A model generated the notes under the pieces. It did not search any database. It was not told the DNA's origin and saw only the letters and a program-made list of their open reading frames with translations. 64,000 nucleotides of DNA from Candidatus Latescibacterota bacterium (GTDB taxonomy: Bacteria; Latescibacterota; UBA2968; GCA-2709665): positions 3,808,001 through 3,872,000 of the forward strand of contig OZ242358.1 in the NCBI GenBank assembly GCA_965208835.1, in the 5' to 3' direction. The translations under genes were made by a program, and so were the position numbers. Numbering within the stretch: position 1 is the first letter of the stretch; every line of letters begins with the position of its first letter. Shown here one piece after another: positions 39,821 through 48,859 of the stretch.

Positions 39821-41095
39821 ATGGCCATATTTGAAAATGACGTGCTGAAACGCCGGCAGCAGCGTGCGGCAGACGCCTTTGGTGACGACCCGCCCATTGT
39901 GCTCTTCGGCGCCGGGAAGCCCGTTCAGATTCCCGGCGGACAGGACCAGACCTATCCGTTCATTCCCTACCCCGAATACTACTGGCTCACTGGTTCGAGA
40001 CGCTGGGGTGGCGTTCTGGCCTACGATCCGCAGGATGGCTGGAGACCCTTCGTGCGGCCGGTTTCTCAGAACGAAAGGCTGTGGGAAGGCGGCGGTGAGG
40101 ACGTCGAAGGCGACGACGTCGCCGGACTTCAGGGCTGGCTGGATCAACGTGCAGGCCACCCCGTCGCGGTCATCGGCGACGACGTGGATAACGTTAAAAC
40201 CGACCTTCAACGGGCAGCGGCGCTTCAGGTATCCATCGATGGCGTCCGCCGCCGGAAAGACGCCGCCGAGGTCGCACTGATCGAACGGGCGGCCGCGGCA
40301 ACCGCAGCCGGCCATGCGAGAGCCCGCGAGACCATCCGGCCGGGTGTCAGCGAACGCCGCATCCGCGTAGAACTGGAATCGGAAATGTACCGGCAAGGCG
40401 CCGACGAAGTCGCCTTCGACACGATCGTCGGCGCCGGAACTCATGCGGCCGTGCTCCACTTCGAACCAGGCCCCAGAATGGTGGAACCCGACGACCTGGT
40501 CCTCATCGACGCCGGCGCGTCCATCGCAGGCTATGCGGCCGACGTCACCCGCACCTACCCGGCTGCAGACCGCTTCACGCCGAGGCAGCAGGCCATCTAC
40601 GACCTCGTCCTCGCCGCTCAGCTGGAAGCCATCTCCACTTGCCGCAAAGACGTCGAATGGCACGACGTTCACCGTGCCGCGGCCGCCGTAATCGCCCTGG
40701 GGCTTTGTGACCTGGGCATCCTGAGAGGCGGACCGGACGTTCTCCTCGACAGCGGCGCGATTTCTCTCTTCCTGCCGCACGGCGTCGGCCATATGGTCGG
40801 CCTTGGCGTTCGGGACGTGGGCGGCCTCGCGGCCGGGCGCGAAGTCAGCGTCCATTGCGGCATCCGGATGCGCGTGGACCTTCCGCTCGAGGAAGACTTC
40901 CTGATGACCGTCGAGCCCGGTGTGTACTTCGTTCCCGCATTGCTCGACGACCCCGAACGGCGCGAACGATTCGACGATATGGTCAACTGGGACGTTTTGG
41001 CGTCCTGGCGGCCCGTGGGCGGCGTCCGCATCGAGGACAACGTGCTCATCACCGCCGGAGATCCGCGTATCCTGACGGCCGAAATCCCCAAGTGA
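39821..41095 (+). CDS. Xaa-Pro aminopeptidase/prolidase (M24B)
   Basis: AVLH, LIDAG, ADVTRT, HGVGH, TVEPGVYF, GGVRIEDN. Confidence 0.88.
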   Translation: MAIFENDVLKRRQQRAADAFGDDPPIVLFGAGKPVQIPGGQDQTYPFIPYPEYYWLTGSRRWGGVLAYDPQDGWRPFVRPVSQNERLWEGGGEDVEGDDVAGLQGWLDQRAGHPVAVIGDDVDNVKTDLQRAAALQVSIDGVRRRKDAAEVALIERAAAATAAGHARARETIRPGVSERRIRVELESEMYRQGADEVAFDTIVGAGTHAAVLHFEPGPRMVEPDDLVLIDAGASIAGYAADVTRTYPAADRFTPRQQAIYDLVLAAQLEAISTCRKDVEWHDVHRAAAAVIALGLCDLGILRGGPDVLLDSGAISLFLPHGVGHMVGLGVRDVGGLAAGREVSVHCGIRMRVDLPLEEDFLMTVEPGVYFVPALLDDPERRERFDDMVNWDVLASWRPVGGVRIEDNVLITAGDPRILTAEIPK

Positions 41096-41175
41096 ACGCT
41101 ACGGTTATCGGCGGAGAAGGCCGGGCCGAAACGCGGTACATCGCCACAGCAGCCCGTATGAGGGTCGTGAAGGTC

Positions 41176-42537
41176 ATGTCTGATACATCCCCTGCCTCGT
41201 CGCGCGCGCCCGGACCGCGCGGGCTTCCACTTCTGGGCTGCGTCCTTCCGTTCCGCAAGGATCCAATCGGATATCTGATGGATGCCTGGACCCGGTACGG
41301 CGACGTGGTCCGACTGGAAATCAGGGGGAAGACGGTACACCTGGTTACCCGCCCGGAACACATCGAACACGTTCTCGTGCACAGGAGGAAAACCTATTTC
41401 AAAGGCTACGGGTACGACGACCAGAAGCTGCTGCTGGGCGATGGGCTGATAACGAGCGAGGGTGAACTCTGGGAGCGCCAACACCGGATCATGCAGCCGT
41501 TCTTCACGCCTAGGGGAACGATGCGTTTCCTGGAGGTAATGGTCAGCGCAATCAGCGAGATGCTTATGCGATGGGAGCCCCTCGCGGATGGCGAACGCGT
41601 GATTCAGGTCGACGAGGAGATGGCGCGCCTCACGGGAAACATCATCGTTCGAATTCTCTTCAGCAGGGACTTGAACGACGAGACAGGTCGGATCGACGAA
41701 GCATTTCAGTACTGCGTCGGATTCATCGACCGGCGTTCGGCGGATCTGATCGCGCTGCCCATGTTCGTCCCCTCGTCCGCGAACCGGCGATTCAAACAAT
41801 CCCTCAGCGAAATCCACCGGTATATCGACGAACGCATCGACGAGCGGCGCGACCATACCGGGGAAGAGGATCTGCTCTCGGTACTCATGCACGCCCGGGA
41901 CGACGAAACGGGTGTGCGTATGGACCGGCGGCAGCTACGGGACGAACTGGTCACGCTGTTCGTTGCGGGATATCAGACAACGATGCATGCGCTGACGTGG
42001 ACGTGGTACCTGCTGGATCGACATCCACAGGTTGCGGGAAGGCTGTGGGAGGAACAGCGTTCAATCCTGAACGGGCGTCTGCCCGGCCTCGAGTCCATCC
42101 ACGAACTGAGCTACGCCCGAATGGTATTCCAGGAAGCGATGCGCCTATACCCGCCGATCAAGGTGATCGTCCGGGAGGCTGCGGGCGACGACGAGATTGA
42201 CGGGTACCGCATCCCCGTGGGCTCACTGGTGCTGGTGAGTCCCTATATCACGCAACGCCATCCTGCCCTGTGGGAAAATCCGGAGACATTCGACCCGGAA
42301 CGATTCAGCCCGGAGCAGGCGGAACGACGCTCCCGCTACGCCTACCTTCCCTTCAGCGCCGGACCCCGGATCTGCCTGGGCGGAAACTTCGCGATGCTGG
42401 AAGCCGTGCTGGTGCTGGCGATGGTGGTCCGGCAGTACCGGCTTCAGCTTGTGCGCGGGCATCCCGTTACGCCGTCGATGGACGTGAAGACGTGGCCGCT
42501 GTACGGCATGCCGATGACGGTCCACCGGCGCGAGTAG
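41176..42537 (+). CDS. Cytochrome P450
   Basis: PGP.GLP, AGYQTT (I-helix), EAMR, FDPERF, FSAGPRICLG. Confidence 0.95.
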   Translation: MSDTSPASSRAPGPRGLPLLGCVLPFRKDPIGYLMDAWTRYGDVVRLEIRGKTVHLVTRPEHIEHVLVHRRKTYFKGYGYDDQKLLLGDGLITSEGELWERQHRIMQPFFTPRGTMRFLEVMVSAISEMLMRWEPLADGERVIQVDEEMARLTGNIIVRILFSRDLNDETGRIDEAFQYCVGFIDRRSADLIALPMFVPSSANRRFKQSLSEIHRYIDERIDERRDHTGEEDLLSVLMHARDDETGVRMDRRQLRDELVTLFVAGYQTTMHALTWTWYLLDRHPQVAGRLWEEQRSILNGRLPGLESIHELSYARMVFQEAMRLYPPIKVIVREAAGDDEIDGYRIPVGSLVLVSPYITQRHPALWENPETFDPERFSPEQAERRSRYAYLPFSAGPRICLGGNFAMLEAVLVLAMVVRQYRLQLVRGHPVTPSMDVKTWPLYGMPMTVHRRE

Positions 42538-42568
42538 GAATCATTCCGATTCTAATTCCTCGACGGGA

Positions 42569-44245
42569 CTAACTTTCCTCCACCGTCTCGATCGTATTCA
42601 GAATCGCGTCGGCGTCCTCGTCGGCGGGTTCGTCGCTGAGAATCCGCCATTTGTACTGGATATCCCGCTTCCCCGCGCCCGCCGCGCGCAACACCTCGGC
42701 TTCCGCCCAGCCCGGACGCATCAGATGGAGGCACGGCGGCGCCAGCCTTCGGGAACCGCGTTTCTCTGCGTATTCCACGTTGACCCCCGCCAGCGCATGG
42801 TCCAGATGGGGAATCACCTCGTGTAACAGGAAATCCCGCGAGAACTCTCCCTTTATCTCCGCGTAGATCTCGTACCGGCGGGCCTCCACGCTCGCCACCA
42901 CCCGGAACTGCTCGACCACGGAGACGTCAAATCGCCGGCGAACCTCTTCGAGCGCCAGCAGGAGATGGTTCACGTGCATTTTCTCGCCCGTGATGCTCGT
43001 CATGTCGCGACCCTTGCGGATGAAGGCCAGCAGCGGTGCATTCCGGTAGAAACCGGTCACCTGAACGATGTCGTGAATATCGTAACGGTAAAGCCCTCCG
43101 GGGGTGGTCAGCAGCACCGCATAGTTCACGCCCGACTCCAGTTCGTGACTGGACAACACCTGTGGATCGGCGTCATCCAGCGAAGTCTCGGGGATGAACT
43201 CGTAATAGTTACCGTTCAGCGAGAGAATGCCCGAAGCGGTATTGTCCTGGTTCGGAAGGGTGAAATGTCCTTCGCTGGCCAGAAAGCCCAGGTCGCGCAT
43301 GGGGACATCGCCGTAATATTCCGGCAGCTTCCGGGCCTGAACGCCGACACTGCCTCCCAGCCAGCACGCGATGAGTTTCAGGTCCGGCCAGCAATCCGCC
43401 GGAAGGAGCGAACCGGTCCGCTCCAATATGCCCTCGAGGACCCCCGCGCGGTCGGGATCCGGCACCATTAGGCCGGAGAGTTGTTCGGCAAGTTGTGGCT
43501 GGTCCGGCAGGTCGATACCGGGCGTGCCGTCGTGGACCGCGCGAATGACGGCATCGGCATTCTTGAGTGCGGTTTCCGCGAGGCGAATGAGTGTGCTTGG
43601 ATTGGGTGTGCCGATGTACGAAACGCGCCTGGCCAGCGCCAGGCGCGCGGCCACAAAGTAGCGGCGGTCGTAGTCCTTGATTTCGGAAACCGCGTAAGGG
43701 ACCGCGTAGGTGCTGCGGATCGGCTTGGGGATACGCTGGTAGAGCATACCGGACGCGCTGCCGTACGGAAGTCCGGAGGGTGTGTAACCCTCGACCGCCC
43801 TGCTGACAATCCCGACAAATGCGCCGTCCAGAAACCCGGGATGGTCCTGAAGCGCGCGATAGATCCATTCCAGGGAAAAACTGGACGCGAGCTTCATGGA
43901 CTCGGGCGTGACGGGAATGTACTTCGGTTCTCCCGTGGTCCCGCTCGTCATATTCAACATCCGGGGTGCCGCGGCGGTGAGGACTGTCTGCTCGCCCGCG
44001 GTGATCCGGTTGACGTAGGGCCGCAACCCTTCGTAGTCCCTGATGGGAACCTGGCGGCGAAAGTCGCCCTCCGTGCGGATCGACGCAAAGCCATGGTCCT
44101 TTCCGAACGCGGTGTCGGCGTTGGCCTTTACCATACGGCGAAGCAAGTGGTTTTGCACGTTTTGCGGGCGTTCGGCCGCCCGGTCGAGCTTCCGGGCCAG
44201 GCCGGATCCCTTTATACGAATAATCGTCTTGACGAGCTTTCCCAT
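42569..44245 (-). CDS. GH3 (auxin-responsive-like) acyl-acid amido synthetase family
   Basis: N.DT.FG.DHGF, VP..DYE, TSGTTG.PKYIP, FLASEG, LLTT.GGLYRYDIHD, GEK. Confidence 0.9.
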   Translation of the reverse strand: MGKLVKTIIRIKGSGLARKLDRAAERPQNVQNHLLRRMVKANADTAFGKDHGFASIRTEGDFRRQVPIRDYEGLRPYVNRITAGEQTVLTAAAPRMLNMTSGTTGEPKYIPVTPESMKLASSFSLEWIYRALQDHPGFLDGAFVGIVSRAVEGYTPSGLPYGSASGMLYQRIPKPIRSTYAVPYAVSEIKDYDRRYFVAARLALARRVSYIGTPNPSTLIRLAETALKNADAVIRAVHDGTPGIDLPDQPQLAEQLSGLMVPDPDRAGVLEGILERTGSLLPADCWPDLKLIACWLGGSVGVQARKLPEYYGDVPMRDLGFLASEGHFTLPNQDNTASGILSLNGNYYEFIPETSLDDADPQVLSSHELESGVNYAVLLTTPGGLYRYDIHDIVQVTGFYRNAPLLAFIRKGRDMTSITGEKMHVNHLLLALEEVRRRFDVSVVEQFRVVASVEARRYEIYAEIKGEFSRDFLLHEVIPHLDHALAGVNVEYAEKRGSRRLAPPCLHLMRPGWAEAEVLRAAGAGKRDIQYKWRILSDEPADEDADAILNTIETVEES

Positions 44246-44248
44246 TGC

Positions 44249-45409
44249 TCATCCCGCAGCAAGAGTGGTTGTTGTTTCCGCGTGGGCGCGCAGGATGTCA
44301 TCGCGTACGTTGACGCCAAGCCCCGGACCCCGCAGCAGCGGCGCCAGTCCGCCGTGGTTGAACGCGATGGATTCTTCGGTCACGTCTTCGACGAGCAGCA
44401 TGTTTCCGTAGGACCCCTCCACAAACGAAACCCGGTCGATATGGGCGGCCACGTGACGCCCCGCGGCCGAGAGGATGGCGGATTCTCCCACCTGGCAGCC
44501 GAGCTGCAACTGCAGCCCTGCACGGTCGGCCATCCGGGCGATCTCCAGCGTGCGGACCAGACCGCCGCACTTGGAGACGCGCAGATTGAAGAAATCGCAT
44601 GCGCCTGCCTGAATCAGCGCCTCCGCGTCAGCCAGGGTGACAAGGGATTCGTCGGCCATGATCGGAATCGGCGACCGGGACCGCACATTCGCCAGCACCT
44701 CCGGATCGCCCCGGGGGATGGGCTGCTCGGCGCACGCGATGTCAAGGGGCGCAAGAGCCTCGAGGGTTTCGACAGCCGCATCGGGGGTGTAGGCGCAGTT
44801 CGCGTCGACCCGGAGGGAGACGGAGGGTCCGACGGCCTTGCGAACGGCTGCCACGCGGTCTCGCGCGTCGTCCCCGTCGATCTTGATCTTGATGTTCTGA
44901 AGTCCGTATGCCGCACAGACCCGCGCATGGCGGACCGCGCGATCTATGGAACCGCCGCTGATGACGCCGCTGTAAGTGACCGTTGTCCGCCGGGGGCGCA
45001 CAAAGTCGCTCAGTGACAGTTCCCGGCAACGCAACAGGACGTCGAGCAAAGCCAGTTCGCAGGCCGCTCTTGCGGCGTGCCACGCAACGACACCGTCGTC
45101 ACCGCCGTCGGGCAATGTCCGTGCCACGGGTTGCAGAGTAAGAACGGCTTCCGGGCCGGGTTCCAACGCCCCAAAGTCTAAGTCCGCAATGGCGGGCCAG
45201 AGACAATTCGCGATGCGATCGACGCAGGTCTCGACCGTTTCACCCGTCACGTACGGACGCGGCAGCCCTTCTCCGTAGCCAACCGTGCCGTCTTCGGCAG
45301 TCAGGCGCACGACGACCGAGTCCGAGCGGGACCTAACCGAAGCGCTGTGACCGAAGGCCTCGACGAAAGGAATCCTGAGAGAGAAGCACGTTGCGCCGAT
45401 GATCTTCAT
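44249..45409 (-). CDS. MLE-subgroup enolase (dipeptide epimerase/N-acylamino acid racemase-like)
   Basis: GYGE..PR.YVTGE, KIK, RVDAN, EQP, ADES, NLRVSKCGG, GCQVGES. Confidence 0.87.
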   Translation of the reverse strand: MKIIGATCFSLRIPFVEAFGHSASVRSRSDSVVVRLTAEDGTVGYGEGLPRPYVTGETVETCVDRIANCLWPAIADLDFGALEPGPEAVLTLQPVARTLPDGGDDGVVAWHAARAACELALLDVLLRCRELSLSDFVRPRRTTVTYSGVISGGSIDRAVRHARVCAAYGLQNIKIKIDGDDARDRVAAVRKAVGPSVSLRVDANCAYTPDAAVETLEALAPLDIACAEQPIPRGDPEVLANVRSRSPIPIMADESLVTLADAEALIQAGACDFFNLRVSKCGGLVRTLEIARMADRAGLQLQLGCQVGESAILSAAGRHVAAHIDRVSFVEGSYGNMLLVEDVTEESIAFNHGGLAPLLRGPGLGVNVRDDILRAHAETTTTLAAG

Positions 45410-45417
45410 CACGATCC

Positions 45418-46122
45418 TCAAAGCGGGGCCAGGCCGCAGCGTCCCGGCCGCAGGCGCATTGCGGACCGCATGCGCCGGAGTTCCCTGATAGACGAAATCG
45501 TGAGATCGGGAACTTCGGCGGCGCGGCGCGGCGTCTGAAACCGTGAAAACCCCTGCAAAACACGCATTGTCAAACATCCCTGAGATCTGGCAGGTCCGAT
45601 GTCGTTATCGAGCCGGTCTCCGACCATCAACACGCCCTCGGGTGCGCACCCCGCCCTGGAAATGGCGGCGCCGAAAATCCTTGAATCGGGCTTGGAAAGG
45701 CCGAGTTCGGCGGATGCGAGAACAACAGAGAAATGGTCCCTGATACCCCAATCCGAGAGCCGCTTCTCAGTCCCTTCGGACTGGTTGGCGATGATGCCGA
45801 GCCTGAATTTCCGCGAAAGCGTCTCGAGCATCCCAGGCACACCGGGGTACAATGCTTCCAGTTCTTTTACATAGCGAACAGCGCTTTCAACCGCGCGCCG
45901 CTGTTCCTCCGTCAGATCGAGCCGCGCCAGCATGGCGCGAAACGGGCTTGGCGCGAAATCCGTCGCTGCCTGTTCACACAATTCCATGAGTTCGTCGACG
46001 GAATGGCGCAATCCGAACCTCCGGACACGCTCGCATACGCCCTTGAGACGCGCCCGGTGCGCCCGGGTTTCGTCAACCAGCGTCCAGCCCAGGTCCAGGT
46101 ATATCCATTCGATGTTGGTCAT
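45418..46122 (-). CDS. HAD family hydrolase
   Basis: DLGWTLVDE, IIANQ, KPD..IF, MVGDRLDNDI. Confidence 0.87.
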   Translation of the reverse strand: MTNIEWIYLDLGWTLVDETRAHRARLKGVCERVRRFGLRHSVDELMELCEQAATDFAPSPFRAMLARLDLTEEQRRAVESAVRYVKELEALYPGVPGMLETLSRKFRLGIIANQSEGTEKRLSDWGIRDHFSVVLASAELGLSKPDSRIFGAAISRAGCAPEGVLMVGDRLDNDIGPARSQGCLTMRVLQGFSRFQTPRRAAEVPDLTISSIRELRRMRSAMRLRPGRCGLAPL

Positions 46123-46204
46123 TGGGGTGAAAGCTCTCTGCAGCCGCACATACATATCTTCAGCATAGAGTATGGGCCTCTGCGTCCACAGAACCTCCTG
46201 ACGG

Positions 46205-46233
46205 TTGACAGTCTGGTACGATTGCAATATACT
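46205..46233 (+). promoter_or_regulatory. Near-consensus sigma70 promoter
   Basis: TTGACA-17 bp-TATACT upstream of the nuclease gene. Confidence 0.7.
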
Positions 46234-46273
46234 GTTGCGTTTCCGTTTCTCAAGCCATATTCAGGAGCGCGTT

Positions 46274-46672
46274 ATGGTATGGATTTTCGTTTTTTTCGGC
46301 CTGTTTTCGCCGGTCGATGGAAAGCAGTCCTTGTACCCCAGGCATGAGGCGACGGTGGTTTCCGTGTACGATGGCGATACGATGACCGTGGACGTGGAGC
46401 TCTGGCCGGGTCTGACGTGGCGCGGAAAGGTGCGCGTGCGGGGCGTGGACACGCCGGAAATTCAGACGAAGAGCGATGCCGAAAAAAGACGCGCCCTGCT
46501 GGCGCGCGACTTCGTCAGGGAAAGGATCGGGAAGACCGTTTACCTGGAGAACGTGAAGCTGGGCAACTTCTCCGGACGCGTCGTGGCCACGGTCAGGCTG
46601 CAGGATGGATCAAACCTCGCGAAGGTGCTGATCCGGGAGGGACACGGGAAGGCGTACAAACGGCGAAGATAA
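46274..46672 (+). CDS. Thermonuclease (SNase-like), probably exported
   Basis: VYDGDT, VRVRGVDTPE, GRVVA; hydrophobic N-terminus; RBS AGGAG. Confidence 0.88.
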   Translation: MVWIFVFFGLFSPVDGKQSLYPRHEATVVSVYDGDTMTVDVELWPGLTWRGKVRVRGVDTPEIQTKSDAEKRRALLARDFVRERIGKTVYLENVKLGNFSGRVVATVRLQDGSNLAKVLIREGHGKAYKRRR

Positions 46673-46683
46673 AAAGTGGGAAA

Positions 46684-46851
46684 GAAGAAGGAAGAAGGAA
46701 GAAGTATAAAGGGAGAAGCGTGGGAAACTTTTCAGTATGTGACGCCCGCGAATGGTTTTTCGATGTGTGAATCAAGAATTGGTGCGCTAAGTGAATCGTG
46801 GAACCGGCGGGGCGCGGCGCGGTCCTCTTCCTTTTTCCTTCTTCATTCCCG
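46684..46851. repeat. Inverted pair of short heptamer tandem arrays
   Basis: (GAAGAAG)3 TATAAAG GGAGAAG at 46684-46718; CCTCTTC CTTTTTC CTTCTTC ATTCCCG at 46824-46851. Confidence 0.65.
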
Positions 46852-46877
46852 TTTTCAATGAGCCCGGCGCGTGGTTT

Positions 46878-47621
46878 TTACTTGAGAGAGATTATATCCC
46901 GCTGAGACGGGCTGAGGCGTTCGGCCAGGCCGGGGCTGAATCGCAGGTGCTGACCTCCCCAATCGGGCATATAGCCAATGCTGTAACAATAGTAAAGCGA
47001 GCGACGCGGACGCCCGGACACGTTCACCGTGGACCCGTGTGTGAGCGCTTCGGTGAACAGAATGGCGTCCCCCGCGCGCGCCGGAACGGCCTGCAAGGGA
47101 GGGTTATCGTTGGGATGGCCGCCCCAGGGTCTCGGGAAATTGCTCTTGTGCGCCCCGGGGATCACAGCGAAGCAGCCGTCTTCCGGCCCGCAGTCCAGCA
47201 TCGGGAAGACCGCTTTCGTCAGCGTCGACACCATCTGTCCGTTGCGGCAGTGATACTGGCACTTGGGGAGGATGGGCGTGCCGTGCATGTGCATCCCCGT
47301 ATAACCCCCGCCCCATCGATAGATCGTGTACGTGTGGTTTAGACGATAAGGCCCGCCGGTAACGCATTCCACGGCATCCAGCAATCCGGGAAGTTCCATC
47401 AGCGGCAGAAATGCGTCGTCGCCCTCCATGATATTCGAAATATAGAGGTTTTCCGGCGTGCGCTCCTGGCCCAATACCACCGGTGCAGGGTAATCCATCG
47501 GGTCCACGGCCTCGAACCGGTCGAGCGCGGCATTGCAGGCCGCCACCATTTCCGGCGGCACGATCTGCTCAAGGATGATATATCCCTGCAGGTCGAATAG
47601 ATATTTCTGTTCCTGGTCCAT
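46878..47621 (-). CDS. PhyH family Fe/2OG enzyme lacking HxD
   Basis: FDLQGY, MHMHGT, IPGAHK, GDAILFTEALTHG, RRSL. Confidence 0.85.
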   Translation of the reverse strand: MDQEQKYLFDLQGYIILEQIVPPEMVAACNAALDRFEAVDPMDYPAPVVLGQERTPENLYISNIMEGDDAFLPLMELPGLLDAVECVTGGPYRLNHTYTIYRWGGGYTGMHMHGTPILPKCQYHCRNGQMVSTLTKAVFPMLDCGPEDGCFAVIPGAHKSNFPRPWGGHPNDNPPLQAVPARAGDAILFTEALTHGSTVNVSGRPRRSLYYCYSIGYMPDWGGQHLRFSPGLAERLSPSQRDIISLK

Positions 47622-47671
47622 ACCGCCTCCTCATTCACCGAATCAGTTCACCATCCAACACGGGTATTCCA

Positions 47672-48853
47672 ATGTCCAATCCCAACGTTCAACCGCTCGC
47701 CCAGGACTTCGTCATTGCGGCTCAGGTGCCGGATCCGGTGCGACTCTTCTTCCACGACCCCGACCTGACCCGCCTGGACGACGGCACGCTGCTGCTGGCC
47801 GCGCCTCAATGGCATCGCCCCGGCTGGGATTATTCCCGCCGTCTGCGACTCCTGCGAAGCGACGACGGAGGACTCACCTGGGTGGAGCTCCCCGGCCTGC
47901 CCTACGAAGAAGCCACCCCTTTCGTGCTGGACGGCCGCCTGCTCATGTTCGTGCAGGAAAAATGCCACAAGGACTTTCTGGTCGTGGCCAGCGACGACAG
48001 AGGAGAGACCTGGAGCGATCCCCGGACGGTGATCGAAGGCCCCATCTGGAACATATCCACCTCGAGGGTTCTCCGCCCCGAAGCCGTCTACTGGGCAATG
48101 GACTGGGATCTGCCCGATCATGGGCACGGCGGGAAGACGATGCTCCAGCTGGACAGGAGCATGTCGCCCCTTGACCCGGGAGCATGGACGCTGTCAAATA
48201 TCGTTCGCCAGCCGGAGATTCCCGCTGCAATGACCCGAAACCTCTTCCCGGACGGAAACCGCCCGCAACTGTCCGGCGGCTGGAGAGACCCTCTCGTGTG
48301 GCTGGAGCCCAATACCGTCGAAGTCCGCGGCCGCATCCGCGCGTTCTGCCGCTGTGTTTTCGACGAGTACGCGGCCGCCCACATTGCCGCCGTCTTCGAC
48401 TACGATCCAGACGCCAACCGCCTGAGCTTCACGCAGTTCGCGGCCTGGCCGGGCGCACAGTGTAAATTCTACATTATTCACGATCATTCAGCATCAATGT
48501 ACTGGATGCTGAGCAACCTCATCACGAACTCACAGGACCTGCTTGGCTGGGCAGAAAAAATGCGGGAGTCAGGATATCACGGAGGCCCGGGAAACGAACG
48601 GCGGTGGCTCTATCTCCACTATGGAATCGACTGCCTCAACTGGTTTCCGGCCGGTTGCGTGGCCCGCTGGCCCGACAACGTCTACCGCAGCTTTATGTAT
48701 CCCAGCGCCGTCGTGGACGGGGACGATATCGTGGTACTCTCGCGCACCAGCCGGGACTCGGGCGACCAGCATGACGCCGACCTCTGCACCATCCACCGCA
48801 TTCGAAACTACCGCAGTCTGGCCATGGACCTCCACGCTGGAGGCCTTCACTGA
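47672..48853 (+). CDS. Asp-box (BNR) sialidase-like beta-propeller protein
   Basis: SDDGGLTW and SDDRGETW Asp-boxes. Confidence 0.75.
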   Translation: MSNPNVQPLAQDFVIAAQVPDPVRLFFHDPDLTRLDDGTLLLAAPQWHRPGWDYSRRLRLLRSDDGGLTWVELPGLPYEEATPFVLDGRLLMFVQEKCHKDFLVVASDDRGETWSDPRTVIEGPIWNISTSRVLRPEAVYWAMDWDLPDHGHGGKTMLQLDRSMSPLDPGAWTLSNIVRQPEIPAAMTRNLFPDGNRPQLSGGWRDPLVWLEPNTVEVRGRIRAFCRCVFDEYAAAHIAAVFDYDPDANRLSFTQFAAWPGAQCKFYIIHDHSASMYWMLSNLITNSQDLLGWAEKMRESGYHGGPGNERRWLYLHYGIDCLNWFPAGCVARWPDNVYRSFMYPSAVVDGDDIVVLSRTSRDSGDQHDADLCTIHRIRNYRSLAMDLHAGGLH

Positions 48854-48859
48854 TTGCGG

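Noticed and set aside
40855-41175. Long N-terminal extension of the P450
   Set aside because: It overlaps the peptidase in another frame; the P450 fold starts near the PGP motif.
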